A stretch of 64,000 nucleotides of DNA from Syntrophorhabdaceae bacterium (GTDB lineage Bacteria; Desulfobacterota; Syntrophorhabdia; Syntrophorhabdales; Syntrophorhabdaceae): assembly GCA_963665295.1 (NCBI GenBank), contig OY762209.1, forward strand, positions 4,736,001 through 4,800,000, written 5' to 3'. Below are positions 8,470 through 18,361 of this stretch, piece by piece. How positions within the stretch are numbered: the stretch's first letter is position 1; each line of letters opens with the position of its first letter. Position numbers and translations under genes: made by a program. Under the pieces are notes generated by a model that was given only the letters and a program-made list of their open reading frames with translations, ran no database searches and was not told the origin of the DNA.

Positions 8470-8864
8470 TGACTTCCCGCTTTGAAACAGATTGTACCTG
8501 CCCGCCGGAAAACAGCGAGATCGTGCTGAATACGTGGCCCATAAACCGTGTGGCCCTCACAATGCTCACGGAGGCAGGCGAAACGCCCGATCCGGGTTGC
8601 CTCTATATTCTACAGCTTGTCCTGTGGGCACTCAGGACAGGGAAGGCCGAAGCAGAACCCGATGTCTACGAGACCGTCAACGCAATGACAACGTGGAGGC
8701 CCGAAAGGCTTATGAACTTCCTTTTACTCCGGGAAGACGGCGTATATGAGCCCCCGGCCTGGAGAGAGGCGGAAGATGCTTCCTGCCTGGCGCTTTTACT
8801 TCTTGAAGACCTCGAGAGAAAAATGGTGATACATTTTCCCTGGTACCGGAGTCTGGAACAGTAG
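8469..8864 (+). CDS. Hypothetical protein
   Basis: TAATG overlap with the NUDIX gene, SD GAGGAG, protein-like composition. Confidence 0.65.
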   Translation: MTSRFETDCTCPPENSEIVLNTWPINRVALTMLTEAGETPDPGCLYILQLVLWALRTGKAEAEPDVYETVNAMTTWRPERLMNFLLLREDGVYEPPAWREAEDASCLALLLLEDLERKMVIHFPWYRSLEQ

Positions 8865-8878
8865 AGGGGCGGGGCGGA

Positions 8879-9586
8879 TCAGATCCGGAGCAGGTGGCCG
8901 TTCTCCTTCAGCCAACACCTCTGCTTCTTCCAGTCGGGGCAGATCGTTTCGAGGAAATCCCAGAACCGCCTTGAATGGTTTTTTTCCTTTATATGGGCAA
9001 GTTCGTGGAGAATCACGTAATCTATGACCGGATAAGGGGCCATGAGAATCCGCCAACTGAATGACAGTCTGTCAGCGTGCGAACAGGAACCGTAGCGGGA
9101 ACGGGCGCTGGTGATGGTAATACCCGTGGGTACAAGGTTGGTGCGAGCGCTGTAGCGGGCGACCCGTTCTGCGAGCTCGCGGCGCGCCTGCAGCTTGTAC
9201 CATCCCGCGAATACCTCCGGCGCTCTGTCCGCTTCATCGCACCTCAGGCAGAACGTGCCATATAAGAGCGTAAGGGGGAGCCGGCTGTCCGACCCTACGA
9301 TCTCCAGAGGGTAGGCCTCTCCCAGGTACAGGAATTCTTCCCCCGGGAGAAATTTCCTTTCCCTGTCCGGGTCCGGGGAGTTTGCCCTTTCCTTCAGTTT
9401 CCTCCTGATCCATCCTTCCTTGTCCGCAAGAAAACCGTCTGCCTCTTCCCTCGTTATACGCTGGGGCACGAGGAGCACGATGGTCCCGTCCCGCTTGATC
9501 TGGAGACTGAGGGTCTTTTTTCTCTTCCTGCTCCGTACAAGCTCGTACTCGATACCGGAGGCGCGCCTAGATGCCAATCTCCTCAC
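8879..9586 (-). CDS. YgjP-like zinc metallopeptidase-family protein (DUF45)
   Basis: SRYGSCS, IDYVILHELAHIKEKNHSRRFW. Confidence 0.9.
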   Translation of the reverse strand: MRRLASRRASGIEYELVRSRKRKKTLSLQIKRDGTIVLLVPQRITREEADGFLADKEGWIRRKLKERANSPDPDRERKFLPGEEFLYLGEAYPLEIVGSDSRLPLTLLYGTFCLRCDEADRAPEVFAGWYKLQARRELAERVARYSARTNLVPTGITITSARSRYGSCSHADRLSFSWRILMAPYPVIDYVILHELAHIKEKNHSRRFWDFLETICPDWKKQRCWLKENGHLLRI

Positions 9587-10955
9587 CCTTATGGGGCACG
9601 TACGTTTTGAGGCCCAGCTTTTGCCTCACGATAGACTCAAACTCGAGGCAAACTGCTTCTTCGCCGTGGACAATGAAGACTTCCGGATCCTGGCTGAAAA
9701 AGCCGAGCCACTCGAGCAGTTCCTTCTGGTCCGCATGGGCGGAAAAACCGTTTATGGTATATATCTTTGCCCTTACGGCAATTTCCTCACCGAGGACGCG
9801 GACCGACCTCGCCCCGTCAACGATATATCTGCCCAGGGTGCCCTTGACCTGGAAGCCGGTGAATATTATGCTGCACTCCGACCGCCAGAGGTTGTGCTTG
9901 AAGTGGTGGCGTATGCGGCCCCCTTCACACATGCCGCTGCCCGCGATGATGATCGCCCCGGATTTTATCTTGTTGAGGGCCTGTGATTCCTCGGGGGTCT
10001 TCGTAAAATGGAGTTTCATCCCGTCGGTGCCGCGGGCCTTGAACATGCTTACTGCTCCGGGATCGAAGTATTCGGGGTGATGGAGGTATATCTGGGTAGC
10101 TTTGTCCGCGAGAGGGCTATCCACGTATACGTCGATATTGGGAAGTCTTCCTTCCCTTGTAAGCTGAGCGAGTATATAGAGGATATCCTGGGTCCTTCCC
10201 ACGGCAAAGGCGGGAATAAGGACGTTGCCTCTCCTCCTCAGGGTATCCTTGATGGCCTGCGCAAGTTCGTCGACGCTTTCGCTGACCCCTTTGTGGAGCC
10301 TGTTCCCGTAGGTCGATTCGACCAGCACGTAGTTCGCTTCCTTCATATAATGGGGATCATTGATGATAAAGTTCTCTTTCTTGCCCACATCCCCTGAAAA
10401 GACAATTTTTCTTTCCCCTTCGGGACCGTCATACCAGAGTTCGAGGGAACTGGAACCGAGTATGTGACCCGCATCGACAAAACCGTACTTTATACCCCCC
10501 TTCAACTCCTGGGGCGCTCCATAGTTCGCCCTCTCGATAAGGGCCACCACCTTCTTCACGTCCTCTTCCCTGTAAAGAGGTTCTATTATCTGGTCCTTCC
10601 CCATTCTGAAGGATTTCTTGGTCGCCCATTCCGCGTCTTTTTCCTGAATATGGGCCGAATCGTAAAGCATGATCTCCACAAGGTCGGCAGTACCGGCTGT
10701 GGCGATAATCTTGCCTTTGAACCCCTCCATGACCAGTTTCGGCAGGAGGCCCGAATGGTCGAGATGGGCATGGGTAAGGAGTACATAGTCAATCTCTTCG
10801 GGGTTGAAGGCAAAGGGAGCCCTGTTTACCTCATCGGCATTCTTCCCCTGATACATACCGCAATCCACAAGGATCTGGGTATCTCCCGTGGACAGATGAT
10901 AGCAGGAACCGGTCACAACCCGGGCAGCTCCCAGAAACCGTATCTTCATATACAC
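9567..10955 (-). CDS. MBL-fold beta-CASP ribonuclease
   Basis: VTGSC, THAHLDHSG, AGHILGS, ESTYG, AGSGMCEGGRI, FSAHADQ. Confidence 0.92.
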   Translation of the reverse strand: MYMKIRFLGAARVVTGSCYHLSTGDTQILVDCGMYQGKNADEVNRAPFAFNPEEIDYVLLTHAHLDHSGLLPKLVMEGFKGKIIATAGTADLVEIMLYDSAHIQEKDAEWATKKSFRMGKDQIIEPLYREEDVKKVVALIERANYGAPQELKGGIKYGFVDAGHILGSSSLELWYDGPEGERKIVFSGDVGKKENFIINDPHYMKEANYVLVESTYGNRLHKGVSESVDELAQAIKDTLRRRGNVLIPAFAVGRTQDILYILAQLTREGRLPNIDVYVDSPLADKATQIYLHHPEYFDPGAVSMFKARGTDGMKLHFTKTPEESQALNKIKSGAIIIAGSGMCEGGRIRHHFKHNLWRSECSIIFTGFQVKGTLGRYIVDGARSVRVLGEEIAVRAKIYTINGFSAHADQKELLEWLGFFSQDPEVFIVHGEEAVCLEFESIVRQKLGLKTYVPHKGEEIGI

Positions 10956-11080
10956 ACCTCGGTTTTCAGTTTTTTACAGACAAAAAAATGGTGATGGGGA
11001 CATTATATATTGACAGGCCTCGTTTTACAAGGGACATGGACGTCCCGGACCCGAAACTACATCGATAACTCCGTCAAGAC

Positions 11081-11299
11081 CTAAGCTGTTTTGACCTTGC
11101 TCTTTTTGTCCATTTTCATGGCGTGAATCTTGACGGCCTTCAACTCCTGGTCTTCCCACCTTCTCTGGGCCCTCTCCCCTTTCCGGGTGGGGTAGCCGTC
11201 ATACACCCTTCGACCGCAGATCACGCACGCGTGAACCATGATCAGGTTGCCCAGGTCGTCATCCCTGTACATCTCGATCTTGCATTTGGGACATAACAT
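11081..11299 (-). CDS. Small zinc-ribbon protein (72 aa)
   Basis: SD CAGGAGG before ATG 11299; MLCPKC..ACVICG with a basic tail. Confidence 0.7.
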   Translation of the reverse strand: MLCPKCKIEMYRDDDLGNLIMVHACVICGRRVYDGYPTRKGERAQRRWEDQELKAVKIHAMKMDKKSKVKTA

Positions 11300-11312
11300 G
11301 ACACCCTCCTGT

Positions 11313-11582
11313 CTATTGGCCGGCGCCCTGCGGGGGCCGTCGCCTGTTTCTTCCGTCGATCCAGAGGTTCCCGTTTTGAAGCATCTGCCACGCCCTTTCC
11401 TTGTCTCTTTCCTGCTCCCTGAGGTACTCGCTGTCATCGGAATCGATCACATACGCAGTCTTGTCTTTGTCCCTGATCACTTCCATGGTATCTTTCGCCA
11501 ATGCCGGTGATCCCGCGCCTCCCACGGCCACGCAGGACAGGGCGAACAAACTTCCGAGAAATAAAACGCTCAAGCTCTTCAT
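11313..11582 (-). CDS. Small secreted hypothetical protein
   Basis: SD AAGGAG; signal peptide MKSLSVLFLGSLFALSCVAVGGAGSPALA. Confidence 0.7.
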   Translation of the reverse strand: MKSLSVLFLGSLFALSCVAVGGAGSPALAKDTMEVIRDKDKTAYVIDSDDSEYLREQERDKERAWQMLQNGNLWIDGRNRRRPPQGAGQ

Positions 11583-11657
11583 ACTCCTTCTCTACCTCCT
11601 ATCTCCATAATAATCATTATAGCAATCAACATCAAACATGGTGAGTCGCTCTCTATA

Positions 11658-11684
11658 TGATCGGCAAAATAATTCCTTTATTAA
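11658..11684 (-). promoter_or_regulatory. Putative sigma28 (FliA) promoter
   Basis: Minus strand TTAA-N15-GCCGATCA upstream of 11582. Confidence 0.45.
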
Positions 11685-11904
11685 GCTTCCCTGCCCGGCC
11701 GACAGCACCAACGCAGGTATGACGAAATCAAATGCAAATTGAATGCCGCGAAGAAACAAAGAAACCACCAGAAGGGAGCGGCCCTCCCGTGAGATGCAAG
11801 TTGACCTTCCCCTCTCACAGTAATTAAGATAGACTTGTAAGAAAAGCCCATCGCGCGGGTCACGCGGGTCCTATCACGGCCGGCCCGGTCACAAGGAGGT
11901 ATCC

Positions 11905-12423
11905 ATGGCCAAGAAGTTCCTGTCCGTGTCGCTGATTTTGCAGGTGATATTCCTCTGTATTGCCGCCGGTGGAGCCCTCGCCTTTAATGACACCGATCTT
12001 CAGAAACTTAAGAAGACGGGGCAATGTTCGGGTTGTGACCTCGCCGGGGCATACCTGACGGGTTCCAAACTGCCTCAGGCGAACCTGAGCGGGGCGAACT
12101 TGTCCAACGCGAGCCTGTCCAATGCGGACCTTGCCGGGGCGAACCTGAGCGGGGCGAACCTCTACGGCATAAATATGACCGCTTCGAAGTTGGACGGGGC
12201 GAATCTTACCGGGACGGACCTGAGTAAAGCGATCCTCACCGGCGCGAGCCTCACGAAAGCAAAACTCGCCAACGCAAACATGACGGGGACCGCCCTCTGG
12301 GATTCGAACCTGTCGGGCGCCGACCTGAGTGCGGCAAACCTGTCCAAAGCCAATATGGGCGGCGCAACATGGACCGACGGGATAAAATGTAAAGAAGATT
12401 CTGTGGGGGTCTGTGCCAGGTAG
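11905..12423 (+). CDS. Secreted pentapeptide-repeat protein
   Basis: SD AAGGAGG, signal peptide, A(N/D)LxG repeats with Cys caps. Confidence 0.92.
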   Translation: MAKKFLSVSLILQVIFLCIAAGGALAFNDTDLQKLKKTGQCSGCDLAGAYLTGSKLPQANLSGANLSNASLSNADLAGANLSGANLYGINMTASKLDGANLTGTDLSKAILTGASLTKAKLANANMTGTALWDSNLSGADLSAANLSKANMGGATWTDGIKCKEDSVGVCAR

Positions 12424-12525
12424 ACGGCGGGAGGCGGATTATGCCGGATTGAAGGCATAGTATCCGCCCTGGTCTCCTCCGTAGTCCTATGTTCAGGCAG
12501 GCGCTTCACGCGCCCGCCTTCTTCC

Positions 12526-12831
12526 CTACTTCCCCTTTTTTGCTTTCCCTTTTACTACAACGTTGACTGTTTCTTTGAGGCTCTTTCCCGCGGTAAACTT
12601 CGGGGCTTTCTTGGCGGCTATCTTTATTTCCTGACCGGTTTTGGGGTTTCTGCCTTTTCTCGCCTTTCTCGTAGCTACGGAAAATGTCCCAAACCCCACG
12701 ATCGATACCTTATCTCCCTTTTGAAGCGCGTCTTTTACGGAACCGACGACTACTTCGAATGCTTTTGCTGCAGTACTCTTTGTTACCTTGATCTCTTTGG
12801 CAATCCTTTCTACAATCTCGGTTTTTGTCAT
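12526..12831 (-). CDS. hup: HU family DNA-binding protein
   Basis: MTKTEIV..VSIVGFGTFSVATRKARKGRNPKTG..PKFTAGKSLKETV. Confidence 0.95.
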   Translation of the reverse strand: MTKTEIVERIAKEIKVTKSTAAKAFEVVVGSVKDALQKGDKVSIVGFGTFSVATRKARKGRNPKTGQEIKIAAKKAPKFTAGKSLKETVNVVVKGKAKKGK

Positions 12832-13117
12832 CTACCCTTCCTCCTTGTACGTAATAATTTCAGGCAAAAAAGTTTGCCTGTACTGCAGACCGTTGTAGAA
12901 CAAGCATCTAGTTGAACATTATTACACAACTATTTATAAATGCAAGTTTTTTGTGCACAAATGACACAAATAATTTCAAATTTCACGAGGAGATGTTTCG
13001 TCATGTTCCGTCCGGCCCGCCTGAGTGGGCTTTCAAGAGGCCAAAAGCTGATAATTGTCTGGAAAGAAAGGAAGAAAATCTGGTACAACATACGAAATTC
13101 ACACAGGGAGGAAACAG

Positions 13118-14086
13118 GTGACGGACACAGGCAGGGATCAATGTTTCGAACGGCTCGCCCCTGAGATAAAGGCTTTTCTCGAACGGACTGCAAAAGCCGG
13201 GCAGCCGCCGTTGTCCCTTGAAAACTACGGGGCGCAACGCCTGTTTATCGAATCCATCTCCCGGAAAATGAAGAGCGGCGCTCACTCCACAGGAAAGGTG
13301 ACGGACAGGTCCATACCGGGTCCCTCGGGAGAAATACCGGTGCGAGTTTATACCCCGGAAGCCGGGGGACCGTTGCCCATGCTTCTCTTTTGTCACGGCG
13401 GAGGGTGGGTGGTAGGCAATCTCGACATGGGAGAAAACATCTGCCTTTCCCTCGCGGAGAAGACGCCCTGCATGGTCATTTCCGTGGACTACAGGCTTGC
13501 CCCGGAGCACCCCTTCCCTGCGGGCCTGAACGACTGCTATGCCGCGCTCCAGTGGGCCGCTGAAAGAGGGGGCTCTTTAGGAGGAGACCCCGGAAGGATC
13601 GCCGTCGCGGGCGAGAGTGCGGGCGCCAATCTTGTCGCCGCATCGACGCTTATGTCGAGGGAACGGGGCGGTCATGCCCCCGTCTTCCAGGTCCTCTTCT
13701 ACCCCGCATTGAACCTTGCCGATTTCAACGCGAGGTCGCACCGGGAATTCGGCGAAGGGTTTCTCCTTGCCCGCGCAGATATGGAGGCCACACGCGCCCT
13801 CTATGCGCCGGACGTGAAGATGTGGTCAAATCCCTACGTATCCCCGCTCCTTGCCTCTGACTTGAGAGGCCTTCCCCCGGCGCTTGTCATCACCTCGGGA
13901 TGCGACCCCTTGAGGGATGACGGTGAAGCATACGCGAAGCGTCTTCAGGATGCGGGAGTACCGGTGAGATATATTTGCTACGAGGATATGGTCCACGCGT
14001 TTCTTTACTTTTTCGCGTCCTCAAAAAGTGCAAAGAGCGCTCTGGAAGAGGCGTCGTCAGCGCTCCGTACGGCCTTCGGCAAGTAA
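13118..14086 (+). CDS. HSL-family alpha/beta hydrolase (esterase)
   Basis: HGGGW, DYRLAPEHPFP, GESAG, DPLRDDG, HAF. GTG start after GGGAGG. Confidence 0.92.
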   Translation: MTDTGRDQCFERLAPEIKAFLERTAKAGQPPLSLENYGAQRLFIESISRKMKSGAHSTGKVTDRSIPGPSGEIPVRVYTPEAGGPLPMLLFCHGGGWVVGNLDMGENICLSLAEKTPCMVISVDYRLAPEHPFPAGLNDCYAALQWAAERGGSLGGDPGRIAVAGESAGANLVAASTLMSRERGGHAPVFQVLFYPALNLADFNARSHREFGEGFLLARADMEATRALYAPDVKMWSNPYVSPLLASDLRGLPPALVITSGCDPLRDDGEAYAKRLQDAGVPVRYICYEDMVHAFLYFFASSKSAKSALEEASSALRTAFGK

Positions 14087-14114
14087 CCGGCATCTTCAGG
14101 CGGCGGGGCGTCTC

Positions 14115-14453
14115 CTAACCCTTCTCCCATTCTTTCCAGACCTCGGGCATGTAGCCCACTGTGGCCTTCTTTCCGTTCCTCACTATGGGGGTTTTGAAGA
14201 GGAGGGGGTCGTTAAGCAGTTCTTCCTCCACATTATGGGTAAGGTATTTGAGGTTTCGCCGGGAGTACTCCTTGCCTCCAGTGTCCATAAGGCTGTCCAG
14301 ACCGACTGCCGCCTTGATGTTTTGAAGTTCTCCCCTGCTCGGACCTTTCTCAGCCAGGTTGATGAACTGAAAAGGTATCCCTCTCTCTTTGAAATACCTT
14401 TGTGCCTTTTGCGTTTCCCGGCATTTAACCGTACCGAATATCTGGATATTCAT
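14115..14453 (-). CDS. ArsC/Spx-family protein
   Basis: IFGTVKCRETQKAQRYFKER..PLLFKTPIV. Confidence 0.85.
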   Translation of the reverse strand: MNIQIFGTVKCRETQKAQRYFKERGIPFQFINLAEKGPSRGELQNIKAAVGLDSLMDTGGKEYSRRNLKYLTHNVEEELLNDPLLFKTPIVRNGKKATVGYMPEVWKEWEKG

Positions 14454-14478
14454 AATCTTATGGGGTTCCGGGCCGTGG

Positions 14479-15360
14479 TCAGGCGTTTACTATGTTCTCC
14501 ATCTCCTCGATCTCATCGCTCGCATCGTCAAGGTCCCACACCAGCTTGAACACATCGACGTTCGCGATGTCACGGTTCCGTTTTTCGAGAACTTTGAAGG
14601 CATCCGTTTCGGAAAGGTCGATGCCGTTCATATCACCGCCGAACCCGAAGCCCTTGAGCCTTGCAAGTTGGTCGGCAAGGGAGACCATGGCGACCACGGA
14701 CCTGACTTGTTCCGGAGCTTCCGTTACGGCGTGGTGATAGCGGGCAACCTGACCGAATATTCCGGGCAGCCTCCATTTTTCCATGAGCCACCCTCCGACC
14801 GTGTCGTGGGATGCACCCATTACGGCCTTCTCGGCTTCGAGAATGGATATGTTCTCCTGGTAGGTCATATCGACGATCTTCTTGTACACATCATGAGTGA
14901 ACCTGTCGAGCACTATTTTCCCTACGTCATGGACAAGGCCGGCGAGATAGAGGCTATCCAATCTTCCCATGTTAAGTTTATTGCAGAGTATCTTTCCGAT
15001 CACGCCCGTGGCCACGGAATGGCGCCAGAACTGTTTCAGGTCCACCGTTATAACGCCTTTCGGAGGCCGGAGCGACCGACTCGCGCCGCAGGATATGCAG
15101 AGGGACGTGATCTCGTTTGTCCCCAGCATCCTCACCGCCTGTTCAATGCCGGTAACCTTGGTAGGCAGGCCGTAGAAGGCGGAGTTGGCGATTTTGAGAA
15201 CGTTCATAACCATCAGAGGATCTTTTGATATGATCTTACCAAGGGTCCTCAAATCGACATCTTCATCATTGAGCGCTTGAATGACCTCCATCATCACGGA
15301 GGGCATGGGCGGCAAGAAATTGATGGTTTCCTCAACCTTTTCTCTGAAATTCTCAATCAC
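14479..15360 (-). CDS. Stand-alone HDOD-domain protein
   Basis: LPPMP..DP..LKIANSAFYG..FWRHS..AGLVHDVGKIVL..H..WRLP..YHH. Confidence 0.92.
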   Translation of the reverse strand: MIENFREKVEETINFLPPMPSVMMEVIQALNDEDVDLRTLGKIISKDPLMVMNVLKIANSAFYGLPTKVTGIEQAVRMLGTNEITSLCISCGASRSLRPPKGVITVDLKQFWRHSVATGVIGKILCNKLNMGRLDSLYLAGLVHDVGKIVLDRFTHDVYKKIVDMTYQENISILEAEKAVMGASHDTVGGWLMEKWRLPGIFGQVARYHHAVTEAPEQVRSVVAMVSLADQLARLKGFGFGGDMNGIDLSETDAFKVLEKRNRDIANVDVFKLVWDLDDASDEIEEMENIVNA

Positions 15361-15423
15361 CTGTTCTCCCCCTTAAAATGATCCGGAAATATACATGATT
15401 GTATGCAATCATATTCTATACTA

Positions 15424-15450
15424 TTATCGTTATCCATGGAAAAATCTTTA
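15424..15450 (-). promoter_or_regulatory. Putative sigma28 (FliA) promoter
   Basis: Minus strand TAAA-N15-AACGATAA, 63 nt upstream of the HDOD start. Confidence 0.55.
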
Positions 15451-15479
15451 GTCCCCCCTGTTATGGCCTTCCTGCCGGG

Positions 15480-17099
15480 CTATCTTTCCTTTGCCTTCTT
15501 TCCCGTGACGGGTTCAAGGACAAAATGGCGCGCACTCACCCCTTCGTCGCCGCTCACAAAAGTACGGACGCGGTCAAGTATCTGTCTGTCGGATACGGTC
15601 AGGCGTTCGTGCTGTCTCAGATGTTCCACCCACGACTCCACAATGAACGACTCCACGTAGAGGTCGGGATGGGATACATCATGGAACAGGTTCCACCTGA
15701 TCGCCCCGTCCCGAAGGCGGATCGTCTTGAGCCCTGCGACGGCACTGAGGAATCCTTCCGCCTTATCTGAGGCGACACTATATTCCACCACAATCAGGAT
15801 GGGCTTCTCCTGAAGTTCCAGCCCCTCGGCTACCGTGGTTCTCGCGTTCCAGCCCCCGGACGGGCTGAGATCAAGCCCCTCACCTTCGGAGAGCTTGAGG
15901 GGCCACGTTACGACGCCGCCTATAACAAGACATCCGGAGGCTATTACAAGGGCGGCGGGAATGCCTGTCCATACCGCAATGGCGCCCCAGAGAGCGCTGC
16001 CGCCGGCCATGCCGCCAAAAAAGACCAGCATGAACACGGAGACCACCCTGCCCCTCACCCAGGAGGGGGTCACCGACTGCACGGCCGTGCTTAGAACAGA
16101 AAGGAGAACCATCCATCCCGTACCGCCCACACCCATCACCACGGCAAGGACGGGGAAATACCGGACATAGGACAAGGCGAGAAACACCAAGGCAAAGCTG
16201 AAGATCGTGCCTATGGTCAGCACGTTCAGGGACATGGCTATTCTCAAACGGGGAAGAAGGGTGGCGCCAAGAAGGCCGCCTGCTCCGAAGAACCCGAGGA
16301 GGCTCCCGTAGCCCACCGCGGTGAGCCCCAGGTAGGTACGGGCCACTATGGGAAGAAAGGCCCACAGGGCGCTGCTCACGATCGAGAATACCCCCATGTG
16401 GATGATGGCGGCCTGAGCCTCCGGCGCATTTCGCACATACCTGAGTCCCGCGCGCACGGCGCCCATGAGCCGCTCGGCGGGCAAGGCACTTTCGTGGGTC
16501 ACCCGCTGCCACCGCTTGAGCACGGTAAGTACCCCTGAGAAAGAGACTGCGTTGAGGAGGAATGTGCCCCCGGGGCCCACCATGGCCACTACGAAACCCC
16601 CTAGGGCAGGACCGAATACACGGGCTATATTGAACCCTACAGAACCCAGGGTAATGGCAGCGGGAAGTTCGTCCTTGTGAACGATTTCCGGTATTATGGC
16701 CTGCCAGGCGGGGGCATTCAGGGCTGCGCCGATACTGAGCAGGAAAGTGAACACAAGGAGGCTCCCCGGCGTGGTGAGATGGAGGACGGTACTGACGCCG
16801 AGGGCAAGGGCCGCCACAAACATCCACGCCTGGGCGAAGAGGAGTATTCTTCGCCGGTCCAGGATATCGGCAAGAGCGCCCGCGGGCAGGGCAAGAAGAA
16901 AGAAGGGGAGCATGGTGGCAGTCTGGACCATGGCGACCATAAACGGAGATGGGGTGAGGGAAGTCATGAGCCAGGAGACGCCCACATCGTGCATCCAGGT
17001 GCCGATGAGCGATACCACGTTGGCAATCCAGAGCGTCCTGAAGAAGGACTTGGATAACGGACTCCACGTGGACGAGGGCTTCTTTTCGTTAGAGGTCAT
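15480..17099 (-). CDS. MFS transporter (MFS_3 type) with soluble C-terminal domain
   Basis: About 12 TM segments, GALADILDRRRILL motif, C-terminal RLRDGA..ESWVEHLRQHER. Confidence 0.9.
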   Translation of the reverse strand: MTSNEKKPSSTWSPLSKSFFRTLWIANVVSLIGTWMHDVGVSWLMTSLTPSPFMVAMVQTATMLPFFLLALPAGALADILDRRRILLFAQAWMFVAALALGVSTVLHLTTPGSLLVFTFLLSIGAALNAPAWQAIIPEIVHKDELPAAITLGSVGFNIARVFGPALGGFVVAMVGPGGTFLLNAVSFSGVLTVLKRWQRVTHESALPAERLMGAVRAGLRYVRNAPEAQAAIIHMGVFSIVSSALWAFLPIVARTYLGLTAVGYGSLLGFFGAGGLLGATLLPRLRIAMSLNVLTIGTIFSFALVFLALSYVRYFPVLAVVMGVGGTGWMVLLSVLSTAVQSVTPSWVRGRVVSVFMLVFFGGMAGGSALWGAIAVWTGIPAALVIASGCLVIGGVVTWPLKLSEGEGLDLSPSGGWNARTTVAEGLELQEKPILIVVEYSVASDKAEGFLSAVAGLKTIRLRDGAIRWNLFHDVSHPDLYVESFIVESWVEHLRQHERLTVSDRQILDRVRTFVSGDEGVSARHFVLEPVTGKKAKER

Positions 17100-17201
17100 G
17101 TGCGCGGGTCGGCTCTTTCACAGGGTACCGACGTTAAGTATATCAGAGATTGGGGAAAAGTTAAAATTGCTTTCAAAATGACATCTTGTTATCCTATCCT
17201 G

Positions 17202-17981
17202 ATGAATTTCAGCAAAATGACGGGGCGCACGCCCTGGGCCCGCGCACCGCGCGGCTCAAAGGGAGACGGGAAGAGAAAAACGGGCGCCACAGTCGCAAGC
17301 GGAGCGGCGGCGGCATGGCCGATTTGCCTCGGCTATTTCCCAATAGGGCTCGCCTTCGGGGTTGTGGCGCAAAAGGCCGGGATCACCCCGGTGGAGATCG
17401 GGCTCATGTCCTGTCTGGTGTACGCGGGGAGCGCACAGTTCATCGCCGTTTCAATGCTCGCCTCCGGAGCGGGAACGTTTGCCGTTATACTCACCACCTT
17501 TACCATCAACCTGAGACACTTGCTCATGAGTTCCGCCCTGTCCGTTCACCTCGGTCTCAAGGATCGGCGTTGGATCGCTGTTTTCGGCTACGGTGTGACA
17601 GATGAGAGCTTCGCGGTGAACCTTGCCCGCTTCCGCTCCGGCAACTGGCACTGGCAGCAAGCCCTGGTGGTAAACCATGTCTCCAACGTGGCCTGGGTCA
17701 TGAGCACCGTCATCGGGGCATGTGCGGGGACCCTGATCCCTGCGGGGGCCTTCGGGATCGACTACGCTCTTATCGCCATGCTGATAAGCCTCCTCGTGTT
17801 CCAACTCCGCGGCAGGGTCTATATGCTTGTGGCAATCCTTTCCGGCATCATGGCTACCGGTATCTCTTTCCTGCTCCCCGGCAATCTCCATGTGGTGGTC
17901 GCCCCCGTGATTGCCGCCACCGTCGGACTTGTCCTCAGCCGGCGCCGTACCCTTCCCCCGGCAACGGAGGAGCGGTCATGA
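17202..17981 (+). CDS. azlC: AzlC-family branched-chain amino acid exporter, large subunit
   Basis: LGYFPIGLAFG, YAGSAQF, NLRHLLMS, TDESFAV. Start uncertain (17202 or 17217). Confidence 0.88.
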   Translation: MNFSKMTGRTPWARAPRGSKGDGKRKTGATVASGAAAAWPICLGYFPIGLAFGVVAQKAGITPVEIGLMSCLVYAGSAQFIAVSMLASGAGTFAVILTTFTINLRHLLMSSALSVHLGLKDRRWIAVFGYGVTDESFAVNLARFRSGNWHWQQALVVNHVSNVAWVMSTVIGACAGTLIPAGAFGIDYALIAMLISLLVFQLRGRVYMLVAILSGIMATGISFLLPGNLHVVVAPVIAATVGLVLSRRRTLPPATEERS

Positions 17982-18304
17982 CGATCGACCCGAAGTTTCT
18001 TATCCTGATATTGGGAATGGCGGCGGTCACTTACGTGCCGCGCTGGTTTCCACTCTTTTTCTTCTCCAGGCGAAGCCTCCCGCGCCGGCTCGAAATATGG
18101 CTGGACTTTGTCCCCGCTGCGGTGCTGGGCGCCCTCATATTGCCCGCTCTCGTGACATCGGGAGAACCCCGTCACCTTGACCTTTTTCGCCGGGAACTGA
18201 TGGTGGCGATCCCTACTCTCCTCATTGCCCTCAAGACAGGGTCCATGGGGGCCGCCGTATTCTCGGGCATGTTCCTCTTCTGGATCGCAGGTAAACTGAC
18301 CTGA
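17978..18304 (+). CDS. azlD: AzlD-family small subunit
   Basis: ATGA overlap with azlC; ILGMAAVTYVPR..VPAAVLGALI. Confidence 0.88.
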   Translation: MTIDPKFLILILGMAAVTYVPRWFPLFFFSRRSLPRRLEIWLDFVPAAVLGALILPALVTSGEPRHLDLFRRELMVAIPTLLIALKTGSMGAAVFSGMFLFWIAGKLT

Positions 18305-18361
18305 CCGACCATCCCCGTTACGTCTCCCTGACGTCCGGCGCCAGAAGCATCTCGATCGGGC

